A program made the translations under genes and the position numbers. Below the pieces are notes generated by a model. The model had not been told where the DNA came from, did not search any database, and saw nothing but the letters and a program-made list of their open reading frames with translations. Positions 35,411-46,022 of a DNA stretch of 53,982 nt are shown one piece after another; the first letter of the stretch is position 1, and the number at the start of each line of letters is the position of its first letter. The DNA comes from an uncultured Clostridia bacterium (GTDB lineage: Bacteria; Bacillota; Clostridia; TANB77; UBA1234). The stretch is taken from contig CAMUYU010000004.1 of assembly GCA_947164995.1 (NCBI GenBank), positions 1 to 53,982 of the forward strand, given 5' to 3'.

Positions 35411-37975
35411 ATGTACGTATTTGGAAAAATTAATGTTAAGCCACAACTACCTGAAAGAATTGCTGGTCTTTATGATTTAGCCAATAACCTATGGTGGTCA
35501 TGGTATACTTATGCATTAAGATTATATGATTATATTAATTCAGATTTATTTAAAAAGGTTAATAAAAACCCTATCAAATTTTTAGCTGAAGTTAATCAAA
35601 AAAGGCTTTTAGAAATCTCTAAAGACGAAGAATTTCTTAAAGAATATGATTTGGTCATGGAAAACTTTAATGGTTATATGTCAGCTTCTGAAACATATTT
35701 TTCAAAAACATATCCCCAATTTAAAGATGCTAAAATAGCATATTTTAGTGCCGAATATGGATTAGATGAAGTATTGCCTATCTATGCTGGTGGTCTTGGA
35801 ATTTTATCAGGCGACCATTGTAAGTCAGCTTCAGACTTAGGTATTCCTTTCTATCCTGTTGGGTTATTATACAAAGATGGTTATTTCAACCAATTAATCA
35901 ATAAAGATGGTTCTGAAACTTTTGAATATTCAAGAGCTGATATGGACGACCTTCCAATACTTCCTGTTAAAAATGAAGATGGCTCAAACTTAACAATTTC
36001 AGTTACTCTTCAAAACAGAATTGTATACTTAAAAGTTTGGAAAATTCATATTGGAAGAATCACTCTTTACTTAATGGATACAGATATTGATACAAACTCT
36101 GAACAAGATAGAGCTATCACTTTAAAGCTTTATGGTGGAAACCAAGAAACGAGAATTCAACAAGAAATAATTCTAGGAATTGGTGGTATGAAGTTGTTAC
36201 AAACTCTTGGCATCAATCCTACAATTTATCACATGAACGAAGGTCACTCTTCATTTGTTGTATTTGAAGTTATTAAAAAACTAATGGCTGAGAAAAACGT
36301 TTCATTTAAGACAGCAAAAGAAATGGCTTCTTCATGCACAATATTTACCACTCATACTCCAGTTCCTGCTGGAAACGATATATTCCCATTAGACTTAATG
36401 GATAGATATTTTGCAAATTATTCAGAAACACTTGGCGTTTCTAGAGCAGACTTTTTAATCATGGGTTCTAGAGATGAAAACCTTCCAGTAAATGGATTTG
36501 ATATGGCTGTTCTAGCACTTAAAGTTGCTGGAAAAAGAAATGGTGTATCAAAACTTCATGGAGATGTTTCAAAAAGATTATTCTCTACTCTATGGCCAAA
36601 CACAGCATTAGAAGAAGTTCCAATAGATTACGTTACAAATGGAGTTCATACATGTACATGGCTTGCTCCTAACTTAAAAGAATTATACAACGCATATATG
36701 CGTCCATTCTGGCAAGAAAAAGTTCATGAAAGAGATATTTGGAACGACATAGACAACATACCAGATGAAGAACTTTGGAAGATTCACCAAGAGCAAAAAA
36801 TGAAATTAATCAAGATGGTTCGTGAAAATATTAGAAATCAAAAAATTAGAAATAACGAATCAATTGATGAAATAAATGAAGTAGACAATCTATTAGATCC
36901 AAAAGCTCTTACAATTGGTTTTGCAAGAAGATTCGCAACCTACAAAAGAGCAGATTTAATTTTTAGAGATATTGAAAAGATTACTCAACTACTTAATAAC
37001 CCTTCTCGTCCAGTTCAAATTATATTTGCAGGAAAACCACATCCTGCAGATCTTCAAGGGCAAGAATTAGTTAAAGAAATTTATGAATTTTCAAAGATGC
37101 CACAATTTAAAAATAAAGTAGTAATTCTAGAAAACTACAACATGTTTGTTTCAAGATATTTAATTAGTGGTGTTGATGTTTGGTTAAATAATCCTAGAAG
37201 ACCTCTTGAAGCATCTGGTACATCTGGTGAAAAGGCTGGTTTAAATGGTGTGCTTAACTTTAGTATACTAGATGGTTGGTGGTTTGAAGGTTACGAACAA
37301 GGTAAAAATGGTTGGGCAATTGGAGATAATACAGAATATACCAACTACGAATTACAAGATAATGCAGATAGCAAGAGTATTTATCAAATACTAGAAAATG
37401 AGATTATGCCTTTATACTACAGTAAGGATCAAAAAGGCATCAACAAAGATTGGATTAGAATGATGAAAAATTCAATCAAATCTGTTGGTGGAAATTATAA
37501 TACAAATAGAATGCTTTGCGATTACTTAGAAAAACTATACATTCCTCAAATTTCTGCAATAGAAGGCGAATATTCAAATGTTGAAAAAGTTGAAGAATTT
37601 AGTAATTGGAAAGACAAAATTAAAAATTGTTGGAAAAAAGTAGAAATTGAAGCTCCTTCAATTTCTGAAGAAGTATCAATGAAAGCTGGAGACGCTCTAG
37701 ATTTAATTTGTCAAGTAGATTTAGGTACTATTTCTCCATCTTCAATCGTATGCGAAGTATTCTATGGAAAGTTCCTAAATGGCGAAAAGCTTTCTGGAAG
37801 TTTTTGTAAAGAAATGGAGCTATCTAATGACTTAGGAAATGGAAAATTTGAATATAAGACCACTATAAACATAGACAATGGTGGAAATTATGGTTATACA
37901 TTCCGCGTACTTCCTCGTCATGAAATGCTTATTAACAAACAAGATATGTCGCTTGTTAAGTGGATAGAAAACTAA
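35411..37975 (+). CDS. glgP: alpha-glucan (glycogen/maltodextrin) phosphorylase, full length
   Basis: LANNLWWSW, YFSAEYGL..YAGGLG, HMNEGH, GFARRFATYKRA, EASGTSGEK. Confidence 0.97.
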   Translation: MYVFGKINVKPQLPERIAGLYDLANNLWWSWYTYALRLYDYINSDLFKKVNKNPIKFLAEVNQKRLLEISKDEEFLKEYDLVMENFNGYMSASETYFSKTYPQFKDAKIAYFSAEYGLDEVLPIYAGGLGILSGDHCKSASDLGIPFYPVGLLYKDGYFNQLINKDGSETFEYSRADMDDLPILPVKNEDGSNLTISVTLQNRIVYLKVWKIHIGRITLYLMDTDIDTNSEQDRAITLKLYGGNQETRIQQEIILGIGGMKLLQTLGINPTIYHMNEGHSSFVVFEVIKKLMAEKNVSFKTAKEMASSCTIFTTHTPVPAGNDIFPLDLMDRYFANYSETLGVSRADFLIMGSRDENLPVNGFDMAVLALKVAGKRNGVSKLHGDVSKRLFSTLWPNTALEEVPIDYVTNGVHTCTWLAPNLKELYNAYMRPFWQEKVHERDIWNDIDNIPDEELWKIHQEQKMKLIKMVRENIRNQKIRNNESIDEINEVDNLLDPKALTIGFARRFATYKRADLIFRDIEKITQLLNNPSRPVQIIFAGKPHPADLQGQELVKEIYEFSKMPQFKNKVVILENYNMFVSRYLISGVDVWLNNPRRPLEASGTSGEKAGLNGVLNFSILDGWWFEGYEQGKNGWAIGDNTEYTNYELQDNADSKSIYQILENEIMPLYYSKDQKGINKDWIRMMKNSIKSVGGNYNTNRMLCDYLEKLYIPQISAIEGEYSNVEKVEEFSNWKDKIKNCWKKVEIEAPSISEEVSMKAGDALDLICQVDLGTISPSSIVCEVFYGKFLNGEKLSGSFCKEMELSNDLGNGKFEYKTTINIDNGGNYGYTFRVLPRHEMLINKQDMSLVKWIEN

Positions 37976-38026
37976 TTAATTAAGGCGACCTATGGTCGCC
38001 ATTATATTATGAAAGGATTGAACAAA

Positions 38027-39466
38027 ATGAGAAAGACAAAAATTGTTTGTACTTTAGGTCCTGCAGTTGATGATTATCAAACATTAGTAGCACTTTGTAA
38101 AGCTGGCATGAATGTTGCAAGAATAAATTTTTCACATGGTGATTATGAAGAACAAAAAAAGCGAATTGACTTATTTAAAAGAGTTCGTGAAGATTTAGGC
38201 CTTCCTATTCCCCTTATGTTGGATACTAAAGGACCAGAAATTAGAATTGGAAAATTTTCTGAAGATGAAGTTAATTTACAAGAAGGTAATGAATTCACTC
38301 TAATGCATGAAGAATGCTTAGGAGATGAAACTCATGTATATGTAAATTATGCGGACCTTTATAACGATGTTAATGTTGGAAGTAGAATACTAGTAAACGA
38401 TGGTTTAATTGAACTTGAAGTTCTAGAAATAAAGGACAAAAATATTAGATGCCTTATTAAAAATGGTGGAAAATTATCAAACAGAAAATCAATTAATGTT
38501 CCTGGATTAATACTAAACCTTCCCCTACTAAGCGATAAAGATAGAAAAGATATAATTTTTGGAATTCAAAATGAATTCGATATTATTGCCGTATCTTTTG
38601 TTAGAAAGCCTGAAGATATTACAGCAATAAGAGATGTATTAAGAGAATATAAAGCAGATTATATTAAAATAATATCTAAAATTGAAAACGTTGAAGGTGT
38701 TGAAAAATTTGATCAAATCCTTGATGTTTCTGATGGAATAATGGTAGCACGTGGAGACTTAAGTGTAGAAATACCAATGGAACAAGTACCAATGCTACAA
38801 AAGAAGTTTATACAAAAAAGCTTAGATCAGGCAAAACAAGTAATAGTTGCAACCCAAATGTTAGAAAGTATGATGTCTAACCCTCGCCCAACAAGAGCAG
38901 AAGTTAGCGATGTTGCAAATGCTGTGTTAGATGGCACATCAGCAATAATGCTTTCTGGAGAAACAGCATCAGGAAAATATCCTGTTGAATGTGTAAAAAT
39001 GATGGGGAAAATCGCAGAACAAATAGAAGCTCAAATGGATCACTGGTTACTACTTAATAGAAAAACCAGAAGTGGTGATTTAAAAAATGTTACATCTGAT
39101 TTAGTAGTTGGACATGCACTTTGTGAAATAGCAATGCAAATAGATGCAAATGCAATCTTTTCTTTATCAGAACATGGTAATACTCCAAAAGCAATTGCAT
39201 CATTTAGACCTTATTGTGATATAGTAGCAATTACTCCAAACAAATTAACAGCAAGACAAATGAATCTTTTCTGGGGTGTTACACCAATATATGTAGATAA
39301 AGATTATGCCGATAAAATGGTAAATTCTGGTATTAGTTTTTCAAAAGATATGGGAATAGTAAAAAGCGGAGATATTGCAGTTATTGGTGGTTCTGACACG
39401 TACGATTATCATAATAAATCAGCATTTAATTCGTACAAGACTTTAGGTGGAATTTGTACAATATAA
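38027..39466 (+). CDS. pyk: pyruvate kinase
   Basis: MRKTKIVCTLGP, RINFSHG, DTKGPEIR, MVARGDL, PTRAEVSDVANA, MLSGETA. Confidence 0.97.
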   Translation: MRKTKIVCTLGPAVDDYQTLVALCKAGMNVARINFSHGDYEEQKKRIDLFKRVREDLGLPIPLMLDTKGPEIRIGKFSEDEVNLQEGNEFTLMHEECLGDETHVYVNYADLYNDVNVGSRILVNDGLIELEVLEIKDKNIRCLIKNGGKLSNRKSINVPGLILNLPLLSDKDRKDIIFGIQNEFDIIAVSFVRKPEDITAIRDVLREYKADYIKIISKIENVEGVEKFDQILDVSDGIMVARGDLSVEIPMEQVPMLQKKFIQKSLDQAKQVIVATQMLESMMSNPRPTRAEVSDVANAVLDGTSAIMLSGETASGKYPVECVKMMGKIAEQIEAQMDHWLLLNRKTRSGDLKNVTSDLVVGHALCEIAMQIDANAIFSLSEHGNTPKAIASFRPYCDIVAITPNKLTARQMNLFWGVTPIYVDKDYADKMVNSGISFSKDMGIVKSGDIAVIGGSDTYDYHNKSAFNSYKTLGGICTI

Positions 39467-39480
39467 ATACAAAAAAATTT

Positions 39481-39520
39481 AAGGACGTCCATTAAAAAAT
39501 AATGGGCGTCCTATTTTTGT
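39481..39520. terminator. bidirectional intrinsic terminator
   Basis: AGGACGTCCATTA...TAATGGGCGTCCT with T-run. Confidence 0.8.
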
Positions 39521-39530
39521 TTTAATAATT

Positions 39531-42500
39531 TTAGTCATTTACTTCGACAATGATTGCTTCTTCAGAATATTCTTTATTTGCTTGATCTTTAAGTACCATT
39601 CTAATTTTGTATGAGCCATTAGCAAGTCCTGTTAAGAAATCTATTTGGATTTGTTCTTCTTCAGCAACATCGTTTAATCTGTATGATTGATGATTTTCCG
39701 AATCTGTTGAATTTACAACACTTAAATTCACATTATCTTTCAAATCTTTTATTTTAATTACATTGCTCAAATTAGATATATATTGATAAATTCCAGTACC
39801 ATTTTGATTTACACCATTCTTTTTCATCAAGCTTATTTCCAAATATGGTTCATCTATTTCGCCTAAATATCCAGTTCCCAGTTTAATTAGATGATTTGAA
39901 GTTTTTGAAATTTGTAAAATGTCATTTTGTATTGCTCCTACATTACTTGTAATATCTGAATAAATAACTCCATAAGGTTCATCACTACAAATAACATTTC
40001 TACGTACTGTTGCAATAGTTGAACCTATTCCATTTACGGTTCTTACTAAGTTGTAATCTACATATGCTTCATCACCATTATTATAAAGAACTATTGGAAG
40101 GCCATTTGTAATAATTGAATATCCTAATTCTGTATAAATAATATTATTCGTATCTGTAATAATTGAAGCACCTGCTACTTTAACACCAGCATCATTAGCT
40201 TGCGTGTAATTTCTGCCAATTCTAACTTTATAAGGATTATTTCCAACTAATTCTAATATTGGCCTTACTCTATATAAATCTGCACCGTTATCTCTACTAT
40301 CTGCAAAAATTGTTGAGTAGTTTGTTGCAGATTCATAAAAATCTTCAGATGTAGTATTTGGAACATATAAAATTGCATTTGGTAAATTTGACAAATCATT
40401 TTCTATTCCTATATTCAAAGCATCATTAGAATTAGATATATCTTTGGTTACAATAATAGAGCGAAGAGAAGAACAATTTAGGAATGTATTATTTCCATAT
40501 AATTTGTCAAATTTATCACCTAATACTATTGTTTTCAAAGAAGAACAATTTCTAAACATCTCAAATAAACTTGTTAAATTCGACGTATCCCATTCAGATA
40601 AATCAATATACTCTAACGAACTACACTCTTTAAATATACAATGTGCCGCTTGAGACTCATTATTTTCATTTGCTAAATGTGTTAAGCTATCAAATTTAAA
40701 ATTACTAACATCTAGTGTATTTACACTAGAGCACTTATAAAACATATTATTCATTACTGTTGCATTTTCAGTATTAAAGCCGCTTACATCAATAGTTTCA
40801 ACATTACAACAATTTGAAAACATATAGGCAAAATTTCTTGCATTATGAGTATCAAAATTTGATACATCCAGAGTTGTTAATGCTTTGCAGCCAGCAAAAA
40901 GAAATTCAAAACTATTTACTTTTTCAGTATTAAAGTTTGAAACATCTAGTACTCTTGCTTTTGTGCAACCATTAAACATGCCATACATATATACCACATT
41001 AGATGTATTGAAGTTCGAAACATCTATATCAATTAGTTCACTACAATTACTAAACATATGATTCATATCAATAACCATTTGAGTATTAAAGCCTGATAAA
41101 TCTAGATACTTAATTGCATTACAAGCACTAAACATAAAAGACATATCTGTGACTTTACTTGTATTAAATCCCGAAACATCTATTGCAGATAAAACATTAC
41201 AAAATGAAAACATTCCAGCCATATTTGTTACATTAGAGGTATCAAAGCCTGATATATCTATTTCCTCTAAAGCAACACAAACTTCAAACATACCTTGCAT
41301 AGAAATTACATTTGATGTATTAAAATTAGTCACATCCAATGACGTTATTTTTTTACAACTATTGAACATATCTCGCATATTAGCTACATTACTTGTATCA
41401 AAATTAGAAACATCCAATTCCTCCAGTAAAATACACGAATTAAACATTGAAGTCATACCATCAACCATAGAAGTGTTAAAAGAAGAAACATTGAGATGCT
41501 CTAGTTTTGAAGCATGATCAAACATATATGACATATCACGAACTTTTGATGTATCAAAACTGGTTAAATCCAAGTTTTTAATTGCTGAATATGAAAACAT
41601 TTTTCTCATAGATGTGACTTTTGAAGTATTAAACGAAGAAGTATCTAGCTCTGTCAAATTATCACAATGTAGAAACATTGAGTTCATATCCGTAATATCA
41701 CTTGACCAAGCATTAGTACCTGTAGTAAATGATGTCAAATTTTTACACATAGAAAATGCATATGAATAAGAATGCAAAACACCCAATTGTTGCACAGAAA
41801 TTATGTAATTAGTAAACGAGTAATAAACTCTATATGTATTACTTTTAGTTACTGTATTTCCGTCTGAATATCCAAACATATGAACATTTCCACTAACTTT
41901 GATTGTATAATTTGTTTCAGTAGTATTTGTATATTTATGTTGCGGAAAATATGCAGAGTTATCAAACATTTCTATTGAACTTCCATCTCCCCAATCAACC
42001 ACAAAAGAATTGGTAGAAGCAGATGATATAGGAAGTTCAACATACGTACCACTTCCGCTTGAACCTTCTACCCAATTTCCAAAGCCAGTTTCACTCTTGT
42101 TTGCTAATCCTCCCGCATTTGCAGGTATCTTCCACTCCATTATAAGGGCATTTGCTTCATCAACACCAACACCAGATTGAAGGTTTCTCGTCACAATCAT
42201 TCCAGTTTCTTCTGTACTATTTACATTCCTCTTCAAAGTATAAGTAACATCTCCAGTAGAATTTGATGTTAATGTAATTGGTAAGCCTGATGTTTCTACA
42301 CTATATCCAAAATCAGTAAATACTGCATTATCACTTTCAGTTTTAAACGAGTATCCTGCTACACTTGCACCTTCATCTTGTGCTAATGTATAAGTAGTTC
42401 CAGCATTTATTGTTTTTGGGTTATCACCAACCACTTCCAAAATAGGTCTTACTCTATAAAGGTCAGAACCATTATCTTGTGTACTAGAAAATACTGAAGC

Positions 42501-44684
42501 ATAATCTGTTGACGCTTCATAGTATCCTTCACTTGTTGTGTCAGGAACGTAAAGGATTACATTTTCAAATCCGCTAAGATTATTATCTGTACTTACAAGT
42601 AGAGCATCTGCTGAGTCAGATATATCACGCAATGTAATAATTGCTTTTATATTACTACATCCAGAAAATTGATATTTTCCATTTAATTTGTCAAAATTTT
42701 CTCCAAGCAAAACTGTTTCAAGATTATTACAACCTTGAAATAATCCATATGGTTTATTAATAATACTTGTATCCCATGTTGAAAGATCTAATGTTTTAAG
42801 GCTCTTACAATCTCTAAACATGAGATCTATATCTATTGGCCAATATCCAATCAATGATATACCACAAGTTGAATGATTTAAACTATCAAACCTAAAACTA
42901 GATACATCAATGCTTTCTAATTTTTCACATCCATCAAACATCGCAACTAAATACTTACATTTTGATGTATCAAAACCGCTTACATCTAAATACTCAATGC
43001 TTCTACAAGAATCAAACATTGAAACCATACTTGTAACTTTTGAAGTATTAAAACCTGAAACATCTAATTGAGACAAGGCATAACAACCATTAAACATTCT
43101 TTCTAAAGTAGTAACATTTGAAGTGTTAAAGTTACTAACATCTATACTAGAAATCCTATAACAATATTCAAACATTAATGCCATTGTTGTTACACTATGT
43201 GTATCAAAAAGTTCCAAACCTTCAATACTTAATAATCCATAACACTCTTCAAACACTCCGTACATATTTGTAACATTTGAAGTATTAAAATTGGTCATTT
43301 TCACACTTGTTAAAAGTTCTGAATGTCTAAACATTTCCTGCATATTAGTTAATTGTGGTGTATCAAAACTACTTAAATCAAGTGTTTTATAGTCAGAATA
43401 ATAAAACATCTTGTACATATTAGTAACTTTTCTAGTATCAAAACTTGATAAATCAATAGTATCCATTCCTTTTGCACCAGAAAACATTTCTCTCATATTA
43501 GTAACATTCGCAGTATTAAAGTGTGTCAAATCTAAATTAGAAACTCTTATGGAATCAAACATACATGACATATCTCTTACTTGCGCTGTATCAAAATTAG
43601 ATACATCTAAAGCAGTCAATGATGAACACATTTCAAACATAGATGACATATTTGTAACTTTTGAAGTATTAAAATTAGAAACATCAATTGACGTAAGCAT
43701 TTTACAGTGATCGAACATATCGCTCATATCTGTAACTTTTGATGTATCGAAATTAGATACATCTAAAGATGTTAATTTTTGACAAGAACCAAACATACTT
43801 CTCATATTTACTACATTATGAGTTTTAAAATTGTTTGAAAAAACAATATTTGTAATTTCGCTACAAAGATAAAACATAGCTTGCATATCAGTAACATTTG
43901 ATGTATCAAAATTTGAAAGATCTAATGATTGTAATTTTCTAGCATTACCAAACATTTCTGTCATTTTAGTAACATTAGAAGTGTTAAAATTACTTAAATC
44001 AAGTGTGGTAATTTTACTACAACCACAAAACATATGTGTCATATCTCTTATATTAGTGGTATCAAACACTGAAACATCAATGCTTTCCAAATTTGCACAA
44101 CTTAAAAACATTGCTTCCATTGATCTCAAATTACTTACGCAACCACTATTATGAGCAGTAAAAGAAATCATATTTTTACAATATCCAAACGAAAGCTTTG
44201 CATAATTTAAAGTTCCTAATTGTAAAACTCTATATAAGTACTCACAGAATGTATAATAGTCCTTATAAGTATTAGTTGCTGTTGGTACCGAACCAGTACC
44301 AAAATAACCAAGCTTATATACCGTTCCACTTACTTTAATTGTATAAATAGTTTCTTCACTATTTGTGTATTCATGACTAGGAAAATTTGTATTTCCATCA
44401 AATTGTGCAACGGCACTCCCATCTCCCCAATCAACAGCATACGAATGAGTATAGCCCGAAGGTATTGGAAGCATTAATGTAGTTCCCGTTCCATCTGTAT
44501 CTGCATTTGCTGGTATTTTAAATTCCATTATTAATGCGTTAGGCTCATCTATAGTTGCTGCGAACGCAGTGTTAATGCAAAATACAGTTCCTAAAATATA
44601 TAATAGCAAACACAATAGTAATATCTTTTTAAGAACACTATTTGTTATTAAATTATCACTAAATTTGTTTAAAACTTTTCCCAT
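39531..44684 (-). CDS. BspA/DUF285-type leucine-rich-repeat surface protein with duplicated architecture
   Basis: signal peptide, VDWGDGS PKD-like motif twice, many 25-26-aa LDVSNFDTSxVTxMxxMFxxC repeats; ATG 44684 after SD GGAGGT. Confidence 0.9.
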   Translation of the reverse strand: MGKVLNKFSDNLITNSVLKKILLLCLLLYILGTVFCINTAFAATIDEPNALIMEFKIPANADTDGTGTTLMLPIPSGYTHSYAVDWGDGSAVAQFDGNTNFPSHEYTNSEETIYTIKVSGTVYKLGYFGTGSVPTATNTYKDYYTFCEYLYRVLQLGTLNYAKLSFGYCKNMISFTAHNSGCVSNLRSMEAMFLSCANLESIDVSVFDTTNIRDMTHMFCGCSKITTLDLSNFNTSNVTKMTEMFGNARKLQSLDLSNFDTSNVTDMQAMFYLCSEITNIVFSNNFKTHNVVNMRSMFGSCQKLTSLDVSNFDTSKVTDMSDMFDHCKMLTSIDVSNFNTSKVTNMSSMFEMCSSLTALDVSNFDTAQVRDMSCMFDSIRVSNLDLTHFNTANVTNMREMFSGAKGMDTIDLSSFDTRKVTNMYKMFYYSDYKTLDLSSFDTPQLTNMQEMFRHSELLTSVKMTNFNTSNVTNMYGVFEECYGLLSIEGLELFDTHSVTTMALMFEYCYRISSIDVSNFNTSNVTTLERMFNGCYALSQLDVSGFNTSKVTSMVSMFDSCRSIEYLDVSGFDTSKCKYLVAMFDGCEKLESIDVSSFRFDSLNHSTCGISLIGYWPIDIDLMFRDCKSLKTLDLSTWDTSIINKPYGLFQGCNNLETVLLGENFDKLNGKYQFSGCSNIKAIITLRDISDSADALLVSTDNNLSGFENVILYVPDTTSEGYYEASTDYASVFSSTQDNGSDLYRVRPILEVVGDNPKTINAGTTYTLAQDEGASVAGYSFKTESDNAVFTDFGYSVETSGLPITLTSNSTGDVTYTLKRNVNSTEETGMIVTRNLQSGVGVDEANALIMEWKIPANAGGLANKSETGFGNWVEGSSGSGTYVELPISSASTNSFVVDWGDGSSIEMFDNSAYFPQHKYTNTTETNYTIKVSGNVHMFGYSDGNTVTKSNTYRVYYSFTNYIISVQQLGVLHSYSYAFSMCKNLTSFTTGTNAWSSDITDMNSMFLHCDNLTELDTSSFNTSKVTSMRKMFSYSAIKNLDLTSFDTSKVRDMSYMFDHASKLEHLNVSSFNTSMVDGMTSMFNSCILLEELDVSNFDTSNVANMRDMFNSCKKITSLDVTNFNTSNVISMQGMFEVCVALEEIDISGFDTSNVTNMAGMFSFCNVLSAIDVSGFNTSKVTDMSFMFSACNAIKYLDLSGFNTQMVIDMNHMFSNCSELIDIDVSNFNTSNVVYMYGMFNGCTKARVLDVSNFNTEKVNSFEFLFAGCKALTTLDVSNFDTHNARNFAYMFSNCCNVETIDVSGFNTENATVMNNMFYKCSSVNTLDVSNFKFDSLTHLANENNESQAAHCIFKECSSLEYIDLSEWDTSNLTSLFEMFRNCSSLKTIVLGDKFDKLYGNNTFLNCSSLRSIIVTKDISNSNDALNIGIENDLSNLPNAILYVPNTTSEDFYESATNYSTIFADSRDNGADLYRVRPILELVGNNPYKVRIGRNYTQANDAGVKVAGASIITDTNNIIYTELGYSIITNGLPIVLYNNGDEAYVDYNLVRTVNGIGSTIATVRRNVICSDEPYGVIYSDITSNVGAIQNDILQISKTSNHLIKLGTGYLGEIDEPYLEISLMKKNGVNQNGTGIYQYISNLSNVIKIKDLKDNVNLSVVNSTDSENHQSYRLNDVAEEEQIQIDFLTGLANGSYKIRMVLKDQANKEYSEEAIIVEVND

Positions 44685-44803
44685 ACTTAAATTACCTCCA
44701 AAATATGGCATTTAACATTTAGGGGCAAACCTCCCCATTAAGATTTTACCATTTTTAAGAGGTATTTTTTTGAATGTAACAATTCTTTAACATAATTGTT
44801 AAC

Positions 44804-44834
44804 TAAAAAACAGCCTATTTCTAGGCTGTTTTTT
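44804..44834 (-). terminator. intrinsic terminator after the M23 gene
   Basis: AAAAAACAGCCTA...TAGGCTGTTTTTT. Confidence 0.85.
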
Positions 44835-44845
44835 ATCTTTATTTA

Positions 44846-45973
44846 TTAATTTACTTTAATGTATCCTTTTCCTATTGGATCTACATATTTACCATTTTCC
44901 CTTACTTCAAAGTGAAGATGTGGACCTGTTGAATATCCTGTAGTTCCAACTTTCATTATTTCTTGTCCTGCTTTAACTTTATCTCCTACTTTAACTTCTA
45001 ATTTGCTTGAGTGAGCGTAAAGAGTGGTAATTCCACCACCATGGTCTATTACAACATAATTACCATATGCTGAATTATATTGAGCAACTATTACTGTTCC
45101 TGCAGCCGCAGCAACTACTGGTTTTCCATTTACTCCAGCTCCTGCTATATCTACACCTGTGTGAAGCTTATAAACCTTTAAAACTGGATGTAATCTATTG
45201 CCAAAAGGTGATGTAATTGTGTATGCGCCTGGAAGTGGCCATACCATTTTTCCACCAACATATTTCGTATTTTTGGCAGCCGCAGCAGCAATTTCTTTTG
45301 TAAGTTTATCTGCTTCTGCGTTCATTTTATCTACTGATTTTTCAAGTTCTTCATGATTTGTTTCTAATACGCTTAAATAATTTTTACGTTTCTCTTTTGT
45401 GGTATTTAGTGCTGCAAGTTTAACTTCTAAACTTTCTTTAAGTGATGCCAAATTCTGTTTTTGTTCATCTAATTGAGCTTTTTTCTCTTCAAGTGCTATT
45501 CTTTGCCTTTCTAACATATTGATAAGTTCTGTATCATAAGCAACTACTTTTTCTATTGCTTTTTCCATATACATCCTATCTGGTTCATTGTCAATTTTAG
45601 ACACTGATTCTTCTAAAGAAACACTTCCCACTTTGTAATATGCTACCATTCTGTCTTTTCTAAGCTCATAGTTTTTATCATATTCAGCTTGTTTTACTTG
45701 TATATCTGCTTCAGTATTTTTGATATTACCTTCTACTGTTGAAATTTGTTTTCTTGTGCTTTCTATCTCATTTTCAGTAGTATTAATTGATGTTTCAAGA
45801 TTGTTAATTTCACCTAAAACATTTTTTTGCTCTTTTTCATTTTGTTTAATTTGATTTTTAGTATCTGTTATTTGTTGCTTTGTATTCTTTAATTGCTCCT
45901 CTTTCGTCGCAGCAATTGAAAATGTAGGTAATAGCATAGATACTACTAACATAAAACAAATTAACTTTTTCAT
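44846..45973 (-). CDS. coiled-coil M23 peptidoglycan endopeptidase (FtsEX partner)
   Basis: signal peptide, long coiled coil, HTGVD and GPHLHFEV zinc motifs; downstream of ftsEX. Confidence 0.93.
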   Translation of the reverse strand: MKKLICFMLVVSMLLPTFSIAATKEEQLKNTKQQITDTKNQIKQNEKEQKNVLGEINNLETSINTTENEIESTRKQISTVEGNIKNTEADIQVKQAEYDKNYELRKDRMVAYYKVGSVSLEESVSKIDNEPDRMYMEKAIEKVVAYDTELINMLERQRIALEEKKAQLDEQKQNLASLKESLEVKLAALNTTKEKRKNYLSVLETNHEELEKSVDKMNAEADKLTKEIAAAAAKNTKYVGGKMVWPLPGAYTITSPFGNRLHPVLKVYKLHTGVDIAGAGVNGKPVVAAAAGTVIVAQYNSAYGNYVVIDHGGGITTLYAHSSKLEVKVGDKVKAGQEIMKVGTTGYSTGPHLHFEVRENGKYVDPIGKGYIKVN

Positions 45974-46022
45974 TGGTAACTTTCACCTTCTTTTCTTGCG
46001 GAACAATTTGCGTTCCATAACT

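Noticed and set aside
40700-44100. Periodic ~75-78-nt repeats as a CRISPR array or DGR template
   Set aside because: They are degenerate in-frame coding LRR repeats; no identical repeats with unique spacers, no cas or reverse transcriptase gene
44720-44740. GGCAAAC hairpin as a c-di-GMP-I riboswitch
   Set aside because: The motif is antisense to the downstream gene and lacks the GAAA tetraloop and second stem
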